A stretch of DNA of 64,000 nt from Ranitomeya imitator. Its lineage: Eukaryota. Positions within the stretch are counted from its first letter, which is position 1. Every line of letters begins with the position of its first letter. A program made the translations under genes and the position numbers. Below are positions 14,601-39,320 of the stretch, piece by piece. Where the stretch lies: contig NC_091288.1 in NCBI RefSeq assembly GCF_032444005.1, positions 183,024,001 to 183,088,000 of the forward strand, written 5' to 3'. The notes under the pieces were generated by a model, which was not told the DNA's origin, did not search any database, and was given only the letters and a program-made list of their open reading frames with translations.

Positions 14601-14899
14601 ATGTCTGTTATGGAGCCCCATGATGTCTATGAACTCCGCTGGTGAGTATTGTTTTTTTTTTGTGATACATTAAAGAACAGCGGCAGAATGGGGAAAAATA
14701 TATATCAGGATTAGGGACATATACCAGGATGGGCAGGGGTACCCCAATCAAAATCCGGGCCCCATCAGACTCGAGTTACGCCACTGGTGACAAAGGATGT
14801 TGCAGACATGACTACATTTAGAGCTTCACAGCCCCCAGAAGTGCGGTGGTGGTCATGTATGGAGATGCCTAGTTATGCCTTCAAGAATCGGTTGTTCAT

Positions 14900-18031
<3,132 letters not shown>

Positions 18032-20300
18032 TGGCCACCTCTACAGTAAGATAACGATGGACGGGTCATGTTCTTATCCTCCAAGAGCTAAAGAAGACAT
18101 CGGTGACCATTGCCACCGCGAAGCTGATCTAATACACAGCGTTCTGGAAATCTCCTCTGCTGCGCGCAAATTGTCGCAATACATTTTTGCCAGTTTACAT
18201 AAAGACCTTCGTCATCTGACTCTCAGGAAAGGTGGAGCTCGTGCGATGCCTGATAAAGACAGTAGTTTTTCCTTACGGACTGAAGCTCTTCTGTTTTGTA
18301 CTGTTTTAGGGGACTTTTATTTCATTTGTGTAACTCTATTTTCCTGGACGGCCCCTGGGTGTAAGGATAAGCAGCTGCGCTTGCCCAGGTAGCTGCCAGT
18401 CTCACCGGGAGAAAACTCCTATTTAATTTATGGTAGGGACTAGTATAGGACCTCAGGATGGGCATCCTACCCTTTGCGTGTGTCCTACTCAGTTTATCAC
18501 CATGTTGTGTCGGTATCTTAGTTGATGACTATTGCAAAAATAGAGTGCCAATCTGGATTTTATTTATATATTTTTCTTTTTTTATGGCAAATGTGTGGCA
18601 TGTTAGCGAAACTAGACGACAGTGCTATGAGTGACTGCTAAAAAAGAAAAAAGTAAACTCTTTCATGCATGTGAACATTTAACATTTTGGCAGTCAAATT
18701 TTAAGGTTTTTTTTCTTTAATACCAAACATGGTCTAAATGTTTAATATCATTGGGCATGACTGCAAAAAACAAACAAAAAAAACATGAATTTTAAGGGAT
18801 TCTCCACTAAAGCTGCTTACAGAACTACTGTAAATGATGGCGCACGATATTCTAGAAGCACGTCTGTACCTGCCAAGGGTGTACAAAGGATGCGTATTTA
18901 AAGGGCATTTTTTTTATTTTTATGCCGTTTATATTTGTGTTGGAGCCACAGCTCCATTCAAAATAGTGGAGGGAATCGTACCTGTTTTGGGGTAAAATGC
19001 ATAGCAGAAACCAAAAGGACCTCATTGTAGTCAACGTGGTCCATATGGCATAACGGGGATTTGTCACTTCTTTTATTGTCGTTTTTGTTCCAGAATTCTG
19101 GAGATAAGAATGTGAACAGTGTTGTAAAGATATGCAGACGCTGTGATTCTGAAAGCCGCGGTAATGGAGAACCCCTTATGGAATTGCGCTGGAATTACTA
19201 ATACAAGAAAATACTCAACTTTTCGGGATGTGACACCTTTTAAACTTGCCTTGTTCTCAGGTGACAGCCAAGATGAGTCTTACCTTCACTTGGCGTTTTT
19301 ACGGAAATCCTGATGACAACTACTTCTTTTTAATTGTATAGACGCCGATCATTTCTCACTGCCACTGGATCCCGTTCATCGTGCTGACATGTAACGTTTG
19401 GGAAACCATTTCACGGGCTACTTTTTCGTCTATGAATGTCCCTATGGACAGGGGAGGTGCCTTTTTATGGTGACGATGGAGGTAGCTTTATAAACCAATG
19501 TGCCTGTCTTGGCTCCCTCTGTCAGATCTCGTCATGGACAGTGCGGGCTCCTAAAGGGTTACAGTCGCTGCTGCTATAAATGTACAACAGAGAAATGCGG
19601 TCATGGAATGTTCTCATGAGCTAAAACTAGCATAAAGTTTACACCATCCAATAAATTCTGTCCAGAACATACCAAAAAGTATTTGGGATTTTATTTTTCC
19701 TTTACTAAGGGCAGGTGCAGATTACTGTATTTTTGGTCAGAGTGCGATCCGAAAAAAAACATCAGTTCGTGCTCGGACCAATGTTATTTCATTGGGGCCT
19801 TGTAATTTTTATTTTTTTTCTCAGACCAACTCTGTCAGAGGAGAAAACTGCAGCATGCACGATTTGCATCCATAAATCGGATGGCACTTGTGCATTCCAG
19901 TTTTCACTGAGAATTTAAAAGATGGAGATTGAAAAAAAATGCTATGTGACTCATTGGTTACCTGTCCTAAACCTGGAGATCTGTATGAGGCTTGTAGATG
20001 AGGAAGGTAGTGCTTTCTTTTCCAGTTGTATTCCTCCCATCCCCCACCAACGCTGCTCCCATGTGTTCCGATTGTCAGGCCTAGTCTTGACTGTATGTCT
20101 CCTGCTTTCACAGTCAGAATTCTTCAGCGTTTCCTCCTGCTGGGAAGCCTGGCAACAGGATAGCTTCCAGTTGTAGGGGGACACTGGTGCCTTGCATGTG
20201 ATGAAAGAAATGACTGCTTCATTTCTAACTGCGACTTTCTCACGTGAGAATTTGACAGTAGAGACCTTCATGCTAGAATGGGGAGATCATTGGTAATGAT

Positions 20301-20600
20301 TAGTGATGAGCGAATATACTCGCTACTCGAGATTTCCCGAACACGCTCGGGGGTCCTCCGAGAATTTGTTAGTGCTCGGAGATTGTTTTTCTTGCCGCAG
20401 CTGAATGATTTACATCTGTTAGCCAGCATAAGTACATGTGGGGATTCCCTAGCAACCCCCACATGTACTTATGCTGGCTAACAGATGTAAAACATTCAGC
20501 TGCGGCAAGAAAAACAATCTCCGAGCACTAAAAAAATACTTGGGGGACACCCGAGCGTGCTCGGGAAATCTCAAGTCACAAGTATATTCGCTCATCACTA
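20301..20600. mobile_element. hAT MITE, same family as 8894-9205
   Basis: 8-bp TSD GTAATGAT on both sides. Confidence 0.9.
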
Positions 20601-21428
20601 GTAATGATCTAAGATGCCATGGGATGGGTTTGCAGCTCCATGTGTTCTCTGCAACTTTATCGATGGAGTTGACCATAGGAAGGAATCATTTAACATTAAG
20701 CTGCACAGGGTTCTGAACTATGGACAAACCTTCTTGGGCTACGTTTACTACAGTCCCCTTGGAGTGATTTTATGTACTTCAGATGTTTGACACGTCAAAA
20801 AACATGCAACTTTTCGCTAAGAATTTGCAGAACAAACATTCAGCTACATCTCTGCTGCTTCTAGAATCAGTGATGGATGAGATCTATGCGGAGAGCAAGT
20901 TTGGGTCACTCACCACCACTGCAGACTATAGCACTCCTATACAAGTGGAGATCTCAAACCTGGCTGTGTTAAGTCTGCTCTACCAATGTAAAAATCTGCC
21001 GTTCATGTACAAATTGGACCTCAGCACTAACCTGCTTATTGTTAGAAGCAGCTCTGGACAAGACAACGCTGCCCTGAGCTAATAGCCAAACTCCAAGAAG
21101 CATCAGATACCTGTGCACCTTCCAGAACACTCAGTGCTGATTGTGCACTTACAGCGCTGCTCTTTCTGGGCTCCCGATAGTCTCCTTCCACTTTAGTTCA
21201 GAAGAAAATGGAAGGAGCAAGCTACTGCTTTTCAGGTCATGTAAGTCTGCTTCTGCAGCATGTGGACAAAAGGTGGTAGAGGGGGAAGCAAGGCTATAGA
21301 TTGGTTAAGAGGGGTTTGGAGGTCACAAAAAAAAAAACATCCACCTAGGAGTGTCTGACTCTGATTGCATAGACGCTCCCTGCACATACATTCTGCCTCA
21401 ACAGAGGAATCAGATTTTAAGGTTTTAA

Positions 21429-21622
21429 GGCTGGGATCACACATGCGAGAAATACATCAGAGTCTCGCATGGTAATACCCGGCATTGCCGCCATCACTCA
21501 GGAGTGGACAGTGCAGCCGCATAGCAATACATAGAGCTGCACGCTCCGCTGCTGAGTGACAGCGGCAATGCCGGGTATTACCATGCGAGACTGACGTATT
21601 TCTCGCATGTGTGATCCCGGCC
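21429..21622. mobile_element. PIF/Harbinger-type MITE
   Basis: TIRs GGC(T/C)GGGATCACACATGCGAGAAATAC; TAA flanks. Confidence 0.85.
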
Positions 21623-21625
21623 TAA

Positions 21626-22315
21626 AGGTACCGTCACACTAGACGATATCGCTAGCGATCCGTGACGTTGCAGCGTCCTGGCTAGCGATATCGTTCAGTG
21701 TGACAGGCAGCAGTGATCAGGCCCCTGCTGTGATGTCGCTGGTCGGGGAAGAAAGGCCAGAACTTTATTTCGTCGCTGGCTGTCCCGCTGACATCGCTGA
21801 ATCGGCGTGTGTGACACCGATTCAGCGATGTCTTCGCTGGTAACCATCGGGTAACTAAGCGCAGGGCCGCGCTTAGTAACCCAATGTTTACCCTGGTTAC
21901 CATCGTTAAAGTAAAAAAACAAACACTACATACTTACCTACCGCTGTCTGTCCCCGGCGCTCTGCTTCTCTGGTCTGTGAGCGCCGGGCAGCCGGAAAGC
22001 AGAACGGTGACGTCACCGCTCTGCTTTCCGGCCACTGTGCTCACAGCCAGACCAGAGAAGCAGAGCGCCGAGGACAGACAGCAGTAGGTAAGTATGTAGT
22101 GTTTGTTTTTTTACTTTAACGATGGTAACCAGGGTAAACATTGGGTTACTAAGCGCGGCCCTGCGCTTAGTAACCCGATGTTTACCCTGGTTACCGGCAT
22201 CGTTGGTCGCTGGAGAGCTGTCTGTGTGACAGCTCTCCAGCGACCAAACAGCGACGCTGCGGCGATCCGGATCGTTGTCGGTATCGCTGCAGCGTCGCTT
22301 AGTGCGACGGTACCT
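21626..22315. mobile_element. PIF/Harbinger-type palindromic MITE (690 bp)
   Basis: TIRs AGGTACCGTC; TAA flanks; nested internal inverted repeats. Confidence 0.87.
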
Positions 22316-22881
22316 TAAGACCACTTGTGGGATGGCTCCGTGTTACTGCAAAACTGCATCTTATACCATGCATGCTGGGTCAACCCCATCCTTTACCTAT
22401 AATAAGTTTAGTGATGAGCGAACCTGCTCGGATAACATTTTATCCACACATGCTTGGGGGTTATTATCTTGGGTAATATGTTAGAGTCCCTAAGACGGCA
22501 TGTTTTGCAGCTGTTACACAGGCAATCCTCACACGTGATGCAGTTATCTAAACATGTATTGCCATCTTTAAATTTGTGCCAGAAGGCCGCAAAAAAAAAA
22601 ATACTTCAAGTAGATACCACTTCAGCATATGCTCCTTGTTTTTTTCCCTGACAGTTTGAATTTTTAAAACATTCAGAAGTGTTTTATTAAAGCTTTTTTT
22701 TATTTATTTGCAGCCTTTGGAGCAGTTTCCATCAGACTACACTTCAAAAACTAGGGGCAAAAAAAAAGCCTAAAAACAATCACACTGAACATATTAACAA
22801 CAATGTTGGTTACAATGGAAATGAGTAGTAAATCATTCAAGATTTTTTTTCTCCACCATCTGGAATCATTTGAGCCATAAA

Positions 22882-23191
22882 AGGGGTTGTCCAGGATTGG
22901 GATGCCAGTCTCTGCAGAATTTTAAATCCTTAAAGCGTGTGCACAGATTTGGCAGCACGAGCAGTCATGTGAACGTACGCATGTGATTTGCATACTTCCA
23001 GCCACATTCCAACTAGACTTGTGCGACTTTGCTCAATCAAAGCAAATTGAAGCTGAGCATGTCTAGTCTGCACGTGACACGTATGCTCTCACCGGATACA
23101 AGAACATCCTCAACGTGCGGCACACAGACTATTCAAAAGTCTGCAGTTACAAAGGGACTGCAGAATTTCATCCCAAACTTGGACAATCCCT
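22882..23191. mobile_element. Kolobok/T2-type MITE
   Basis: AGGGGTTGTCCA...TGGACAATCCCT ends; TTAA on the right. Confidence 0.7.
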
Positions 23192-23365
23192 TTAATATAA
23201 CGAATAATGAGCAGTAGTTTTCATGCTCACTGCCACAAATTTCATAAAATTAGGTGACCCATAAACTGATTTTTTTGCTGTTTGACAATAGTTCAGTAGA
23301 AGTGACCAGGAGGAAAAAGAAAAAAAAAACAAAAACAACAAACTAACATCTCGAACAATCTTTGG

Positions 23366-23549
23366 CAGGGGTGTCAAACTGCATTCCTCGAGGGCCTCAA
23401 ACCATGCGTGTTTTCAGGATTTCCTTAGCATTGCACAAGGTGCTGGAATCATTCTCTGCAGGTGATTAAATTATCACCTGTGCAATGCAAGGAAATCCTG
23501 AAAACATGACCCGTTTGCAGCCCTCGAGGAATGCAGTTTGACACCCCTG
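23366..23549. mobile_element. hAT MITE (CAGGGGTGTCAAACTGCATTCCTCGAGGG TIRs)
   Basis: 8-bp TSD ATCTTTGG on both sides. Confidence 0.92.
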
Positions 23550-23936
23550 ATCTTTGGCATCCCCAGCGGTGACAAGGCCAAGTTGACATAACATAGTAAG
23601 TTTAGCTAAGTGTATTATGCTCTGGGATCTGAATAGACCTTGGGGCATAACATATTTAACTCAAGTTTCCCGTCCACATTTGACTTGGCAGATTCGCTTA
23701 TCACTAGTATTCTGAGGTTTGTATCAAGAAATTAATTAAAAAAAAATATGAAGAAAACATCCATTATAACATTTTTATTTGCTTTTTAAGAATGTATTAT
23801 TTTTTAGTAGATGCTCATAGAAATGAAGCACGCAAGTGACTGGTACAAACCTTACGAGTGTTTCACATATAGGATATTATCTAACGTCAACTCATACAGA
23901 AGTAGCCTCTTCTTAGGTCGCTTCTATACATGAATC

Positions 23937-23942
23937 TTTATT
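23937..23942 (-). terminator. Candidate mcm5 polyadenylation signal AATAAA
   Basis: TTTATT on the + strand about 165 nt past the mcm5 stop; another copy near 23774-23779. Confidence 0.5.
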
Positions 23943-24106
23943 AATCCCTCTGACCTATAGATTTTGCAGAACTTGTTGCTGACTAAGCGTATTTACATAG
24001 AGAACTATCCAAGTCCTCCCAGTGTGAAGTTATATGACTTCGATACTGTTGCACCAGTGCGAGCGGTCCAGTACTCCCTGGTGCAGGGTCGGTCGGCTCG
24101 TCCAGA

Positions 24107-33214
<9,108 letters not shown>

Positions 33215-33270
33215 GATGATAAAAGAAGAGGAAGAATAGGAAAAGACGGCGACCTCACCACCGGCCAAAA

Positions 33271-33350
33271 GCGCGCGAAAAGACTACTTTCCCGCCAAAG
33301 TAGATTCGGCGCCACACGGAGAAACACGCCCACTCTTGTATTCTATTGGT
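33271..33350 (-). promoter_or_regulatory. mcm5 promoter/5' region with E2F sites and a CCAAT box
   Basis: TTTCCCGCCAAA at 33288-33299 and GCGCGCGAAAA at 33271-33281 are E2F-type sites; ATTGG near 33345; CpG-rich. MCM genes are established E2F targets. Confidence 0.7.
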
Positions 33351-33629
33351 TACTGAGCCGGGTGTCCGGGAAAAAAAATTAAAGGGGTGTGGTTTAAACA
33401 GTGAGCTGCAATAAGCATGCGTAAACGTTCTCCGCTTGCAAGAGCGTTAAAATGTTTAGACTGTACTTGAGGCGCCATTTTGTTGGAGGCCAGAGAATTT
33501 ATAGTTTAGAAAATGTCGGACGCTGTCACTCAAGTCTTGGTAGCTGGAGATTTACTGCACGTGATGATAACATATGATATTATGTAAGAGGAAAAGCAAA
33601 ATCACAAACAATACATCACCTCAGCATTT

Positions 33630-34910
33630 TCACAGACATTGTCGTTAGTGGGGCATCCACATTTACCACAGCATTTTCACAGACATTGTTAGTGGGGCTT
33701 CCACAGTCGTTAGTGGAGCTTCCACAGACATTGTCGTTAGTGGGGCTTCCACAGTCGTTAGTGGAGCTTCCACAGACATTGTCGTTAGTGGGGCTTCCAC
33801 AGTCGTTAGTGGGTCTTTCACAGTCATTAGTGGGACTTTCACAGACATTGTCATTAGTGGGGCTTTCACAGTAGTGGGTCTTCCACAGACATTGTCGTTA
33901 GTGGGTCTTTCACAGTTATTGTCCTTGGGGCTTTCACAGACGTTAGTGGGGCTTCAACAGACATTGTCATTAGTGGGGCTTTCACAGTAGTGGGTCTTTC
34001 ACAGACATTGTCGTTAGTGGGTCTTTCACAGACATTGTCGTTAGTGGGTCTTTCACAGTTATTGTCCTTGGTGGGGCTTTCACAGACGTTAGTGGGGCTT
34101 TAACAGACATTGTCGTTAGTGGGGCTTTAACAGACATTGTCGTTAGTGGGGCTTAAACAGACATTGTTAGTGGGGCTTCCACAGACATTGTCGTTAGTGG
34201 GGCTTTCACAGACATTGTCGTTAGTGGGGCTTTCACAGACACTGTCATTAGTGGGGTTTTCACAGACATTGTTGTTAGTGAGGCTTTCACAGACATTGTC
34301 CTTGGTGGGGGCTTTCCCAGACATTAGTGGGGCTTCCACAGACATTGTCGTTAGTGGGGCTTTCACAGACATTGTCGTCAGTGGGGCTTCAACAGACATT
34401 GTCGTTAGTGGGGCTTCCACAGACACTGTCGTTAGTAGGGCTTCCACAGACATTGTCGTTAGTGGGGCTTCAACAGACATTGTCGTTGGTGGGGCTTTCA
34501 CAGACACTGTCGTTAGTGGGGCATCCACAGACATTGCCATTACTGGTGCTATCACAGACATTGTTTTTGTGGGGCTTTCACAGACACTCGTTAGTGGGTT
34601 TTTCACAGATATTGTTAGTGGGGCTTTCACAAATGCTGTCATTAGTGGAGCTTTCACAGACATTGTCATTGGGGCTTTCACAGACATTGTCGTAAGTGGG
34701 GCTTTCACAGATACTATCGATAGTGGGTCTTTCAGACGTTGTTAGTGGGGCTTTCACAGACAATCGCTAGTGGGGGTTTCACAGACACTGTCAATAGTGG
34801 GTCTTTCACAGACATTGTCGTTAGGGGCTTTCATAGACATTGCCGTTAGTGGGGCTTTCACAGACGTCATTAGAGGTGCTTTCACAGACATTGTCGTTAG
34901 AGGTGCTTTC
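33630..34910. repeat. 27-bp minisatellite (ACAGACATTGTCGTTAGTGGGGCTTTC-like), upstream of mcm5
   Basis: Direct reading; produces 9-aa periodic pseudo-ORFs (MSVEAPLTT)n. Confidence 0.92.
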
Positions 34911-36904
34911 AAAGTCATTGGTGCTGGTGGGGATTTCACAGCTGGTTTTGTGCGGGATATGTTAGGGTTTTTATTGGTAACATTTTGCGGTACATAACAT
35001 TTTTTGATCACTTCCAGTATAAAGCTGGGATCACAATCTTGTGTTCTACGCTGAGCACTTACATTGGGGTTTCTATGTGAATCCCACAAAAATGCAATTC
35101 AGATATAACCCCTGATGGAACCACCAAACATAATGAGCAGATGGAGACACTTTGGCTTGTGTTCTGGTGGTATCCATATTTTTAGGAGTGCACAGAAGTA
35201 TGGTTGTCCACATTTGTGTGCTAAAAAGATGCCTAAAATGATGGGACACTGCTGGAAAAGAGACCAGACGGAGTCCAGAGTGACTTCATCTGCCTCATAA
35301 GCGAGTGGTTCCATCACCGCGAATGAAGGTAAATATTGGTCATTGACCTACATTACCTTCATTCCCCGGGGTTTTACAGCCACGAGCACAGCTGCATTAG
35401 CAGAGCTCCTGGCTGTAAAATATTTTAACCCCTTCAGATGGATTTACATCGTGGGACGTTACAGATCAACGGAAGGTATGTATATTGTTGGTTTATTATT
35501 TTTTCTTTGTTACAGTGGGAGGGTCTTCAGGTGGATTGAGAGAACAATAAAATATTAAAACAACTTTGTGTTTATTTCATTAAAATACTTTTTAATAATG
35601 TGTGTGTGTGATTTTTAACCCTTTCATTCAATTGGATTAATAATGGATAGGTGTCATAATTGACGCCTCTCCATTATTAATCTGGCTTAATGTCACCTTA
35701 CAATAGCAAGGTGACATTAACCCTTCATTACCCCATATCCCACGGCTACACAGGAATGGGAAGAGAGTGGCCAAGTGCCAGAATAGGCGCATCTTCCAGA
35801 TGTGCCTTTTCTGGGGTGGCTGGGGGCAGATGTTTTAAGTAGGGGGGGGGGGGCAATAACCGTGGACCCTCTCAGTCACTGGCTTTACTACTCTGGCGGA
35901 GAAAATTGCGCGGGAGCCCACGCCAATTTTTTCTGCCATTTAACCCTTTAATTTAATAGCTACAGAGCCCAAATTTTGCACATACACACTACTAACATTA
36001 GTAGTGTGGAATATGCAAAAAAAAATGGGGATATGAGATGGTTTACTGTACGTAAACCATGTCTCATATCATGTCGGGTTTAGGAAGGAGATAGCAAAAG
36101 CCGGCAATTGAATTACCGGCTTTAAAGCTATCTCGTGCTAGATGAAATATTAATATATATACATATATGTGTCTACTGACATATATATATATATATATAT
36201 ATATATACAGTATATATGTGTTTATGATTTTTTGAGCCCATGGATCCATTGTAAATCCGTATGTTGGTTTTGCAAGCCTGCGAGAAAAACACGCAGTACG
36301 GATGACATACGGATTACATACGGAGGATGCCATGCGCAAAATACTCTGACACACCCTGCCTACGGAGGAGATACAGACCACTATTTTGGGGACTTTTCTG
36401 CGTATTACGGCCGTAATATACGGACCGTATTTTTATACGCTGAGTGTGACGCTGGCCTAAAAATGCTTTTTCTATAAAAAAAAAAATAGTGTTCATCACC
36501 GTATTATATTGTGAGAGCTGTAACTTTTCTTATTGTTTGGTGAATAGAGCTGTAGGAGGCCTCACTTTTTTGTGCAACGAGTTGGAGTTTTTTCGGTAAC
36601 ATTTTTGAGCCCTTAATTTTTTTGATCGCTTTTTAATCAGATTTTTTGAGGCAGAATGAACAAAAACCACAATTCAGTTATTGTTTTTATCTTTTTGTGC
36701 GGTTCATCATTTGTTAAAAGTGATAAGGCTGATTTATTCTTTGGGTCAGTACGATTACAGTGATACCAGATTTATATACGGTAGTTTTTTTATGCTTTAC
36801 TACTTTTAGAGACAAAAACCAATATTTTAGAAAAATTAATTTGTTTTTGCATCGACATATTCTGAGAGCTTTTATATTTTTTTGCCATATGAGCCATATT
36901 AGGG

Positions 36905-37518
36905 TGTTCTGTCTTCATACACGTTGATACGGTGTGTGTGATCCGACATACGGCATAAACCACTTCTGTCTCCCAAATAAGCAGACTGTTCTCTGTAGTC
37001 TAACTTGTTTATTGGTAAACATGAGCGCGGTAAAACTATAAGAATACAAATGATTTGAGTAAGTATTGGGCAAATAATAACATGACTGCAACTAACAGGG
37101 AAAGCATACAGGATGATGCAACTTCTATAATAACTACATACAGCAGGTAACCAAAAATCACATTTCCTGTGTACTAGCTGCTATACAGTTAATCACACTC
37201 TGTACAACATTACATAGCAAGAACAGGGATAATGGTCTTACCGGATAATCTTAACCGGAATGGCAAGTAAGTGAGGTAGTTCAACACAGCAGATTAACAC
37301 GTGTGTCCAGGGAAATACACAGAGAGAAAATGGAGTTTCCCCTTCCCATGATACCTTGGTGAATCCCAGAATGCAACACTCTAATAGTTACTGAAAAACA
37401 CAGGTAATAAATTTAACCACCACTAGGTGGTGCTATAACACAGCAAAACCAAAACTATGGTATTAAACCTTTTTAAAGCTAGATACGAAACCTGACCTTC
37501 GCTAGAATGGGCAGAACA
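36905..37518 (-). repeat. BEL 3' LTR (614 bp)
   Basis: Direct repeat of 49831-50444. Confidence 0.95.
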
Positions 37519-38825
37519 CTCCCCGCTTGGCATCAACCGATGCCACCCACAGGTTCTTTTGGCGAAAACAGTAAGACAAGTTCCGCAACTGGTCTGAGGA
37601 ATAGTTTACTCTCCCCGGACTTGCCTACTTTGACCTCGACCTTACGCACCTTCCCATCTTTGCTTGGGAGTATCTTAGTGATGAGGCCTAGTGGCCACTC
37701 ATTACGGTGAGACTGGCTGTCTTTCATGAGAACGACATCACCGGTTTTGATGTTTGGTTTGTCGGTCTGCCACTTCTTCCTGGGTTGTAAGGTAGAGAGG
37801 TACTGCTTCCTCCATCTGTCCCAGAAGGTATTGGAGAGACTTTGGACTTGTCTCCATTGTCGTCTGTAGAGGTCCTTGTTGCTAAATTCTCCAGGTGGAG
37901 CGCTGAGAACGCTGGCTTTCTGAGTAAGTAACATGGCAGGGGTGAGAATGGTCGGATCCTCAGAGTCACTAGAAAGTGAAGTCAATGGTCTAGCATTAAT
38001 AATGGCCGAAACTTCTGCCAGGAATGTGGTCAAACTTTCATGTGTGAGTCTTGCGCTACCTGCTTGCAAGAAGATGGAGTCAAGGATTCTGCATGCCATT
38101 CCTATCATCCTCTCCCAAGCGCCTCCCATGTGAGAAGAGTGTGGAAGATTGAAAGTCCAGGTGCATCCCTGCTCATTCAAGTACCTTTCCACACTGGTGG
38201 TGTCTAGGTTGGAAGGAATTTGAAGTTCTTTCACTGCTCCTACAAAGTTGTACCTCTATCGGAGCGTATGTGCTTCACGGGCCCTCTGATGGCGATGAAA
38301 CGTCGAAGTGCATTTATAAACCCTGAAGTGTCCATGGACTCAATTACTTCGATGTGGACTGCTCTGATGGACATACAGGTGAACATAACCGCCCAGCGTT
38401 TGGCGTTGGCTTGGACTCTTCTTGTGTGCCGTGCAACCACAGACCATGGCCTGAATACGTCCAGTCCGACTGTTACGTACGCTGCGCACGCTGCGCATAC
38501 TTACCCGGCTTCTCCCATCCCTCGGCGCACTCGCGATCCTGTCCAGCGCCGCTCTGCTTCCTCCTTCTCCTGCTCACGGCGTCCGGTCCCTCTGCCCATG
38601 CACGGTCGCGTCTCCTCCATCGCAGAGCCTTCTGGGAGGTCGCGACCCGGTGGCTCCGCCCCAACATGGCGGCGCCCATCGGGTATTTCTTCCCGGCGTC
38701 TCCCTAGGTAAGACGCCTTTGCTTTGTAGGTGCACTGTCTGCCGTCAGTGTCCCTATGCCCTAGGCTCCCCTGCTCCAGTGTCTTCTCTCAGCCCAGTCT
38801 TTACTTTGTCTTAGTGTCCTGCCAG

Positions 38826-39070
38826 CCCGTGTTCCTGCTGTGTCTTGCCTGTCCGTGTTCCTGCTGTGTCCTGCCTGTCCGTGTTCCTGCTGTATCCTGC
38901 CAGTCCGTGTTCCTGCTGTATCCTGCCTGTCCGTGTTCCTGCTGTATCCTGCCAGTCCGTGTTCCTGCTGTGTTCTGCCAGTCCGTGTTCCTGCTGAGTC
39001 CTTCCGGTCCGTGTTCCTGCTGAGTCCTGCCAGTCCGTGTTCCTGCTGTGTTCTGCCGTTCCGTGTTCCA
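38826..39070 (+). repeat. ~24-bp tandem repeat (TCCGTGTTCCTGCTGTRTCCTGCC-like) inside the Gypsy A LTR, about 10 copies; mirrored at 43946-44190
   Basis: Direct reading. Confidence 0.85.
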
Positions 39071-39320
39071 GTCATTTTCAGTTAAGTCTTGTTTTCCTAT
39101 TATTCCCTGCCATCCCTGTAGCCCTGTGGTTTCCTTCTTTATCTTGGGTCGCCCCTTTGGCTCTAGCTGTTGTGTCTCCATTCCCTCGAGGTCCTGCTCC
39201 TAACACTCCCTGTATAGGGGGTGATTCCATCTGGTCCGCTCGACCCCGGGGGCTCTAGAGTCACGACCCAGAGGGTCCACTCTCGGATTTCTTCCCGAGT
39301 ACTTACAGTAAGCAAAGGCC

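Larger units (their letters stand above)
8602..14786. mobile_element. hAT-type non-autonomous element (~6.2 kb) carrying an expanded internal satellite
   Basis: Ends GGGTGGCGTAAC (8602) and GTTACGCCACTG (14786), 10/12 inverted match; 8-bp flanks GTGCCAAA / GTGACAAA (7/8 match). Confidence 0.7.

Noticed and set aside
22409-23706. One long hAT MITE from TAGTGATGAGCG to CGCTTATCACTA
   Set aside because: The 8-bp flanks do not match (AATAAGTT vs GTATTCTG); the ends may be from separate decayed copies.
33663-35089. Periodic ORFs such as (MSVEAPLTT)n
   Set aside because: Translation of a 27-bp minisatellite; frames are broken by indels.
37029-37036. BEL self-priming via GTTTTAC in the LTR
   Set aside because: Only 7 bp, and it lies near the poly(A) signal end of the LTR rather than at a plausible TSS.
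38730-39258. Cys-rich ORFs in the Gypsy A LTRs (also 43850-44378)
   Set aside because: Translations of the 24-bp LTR tandem repeat.
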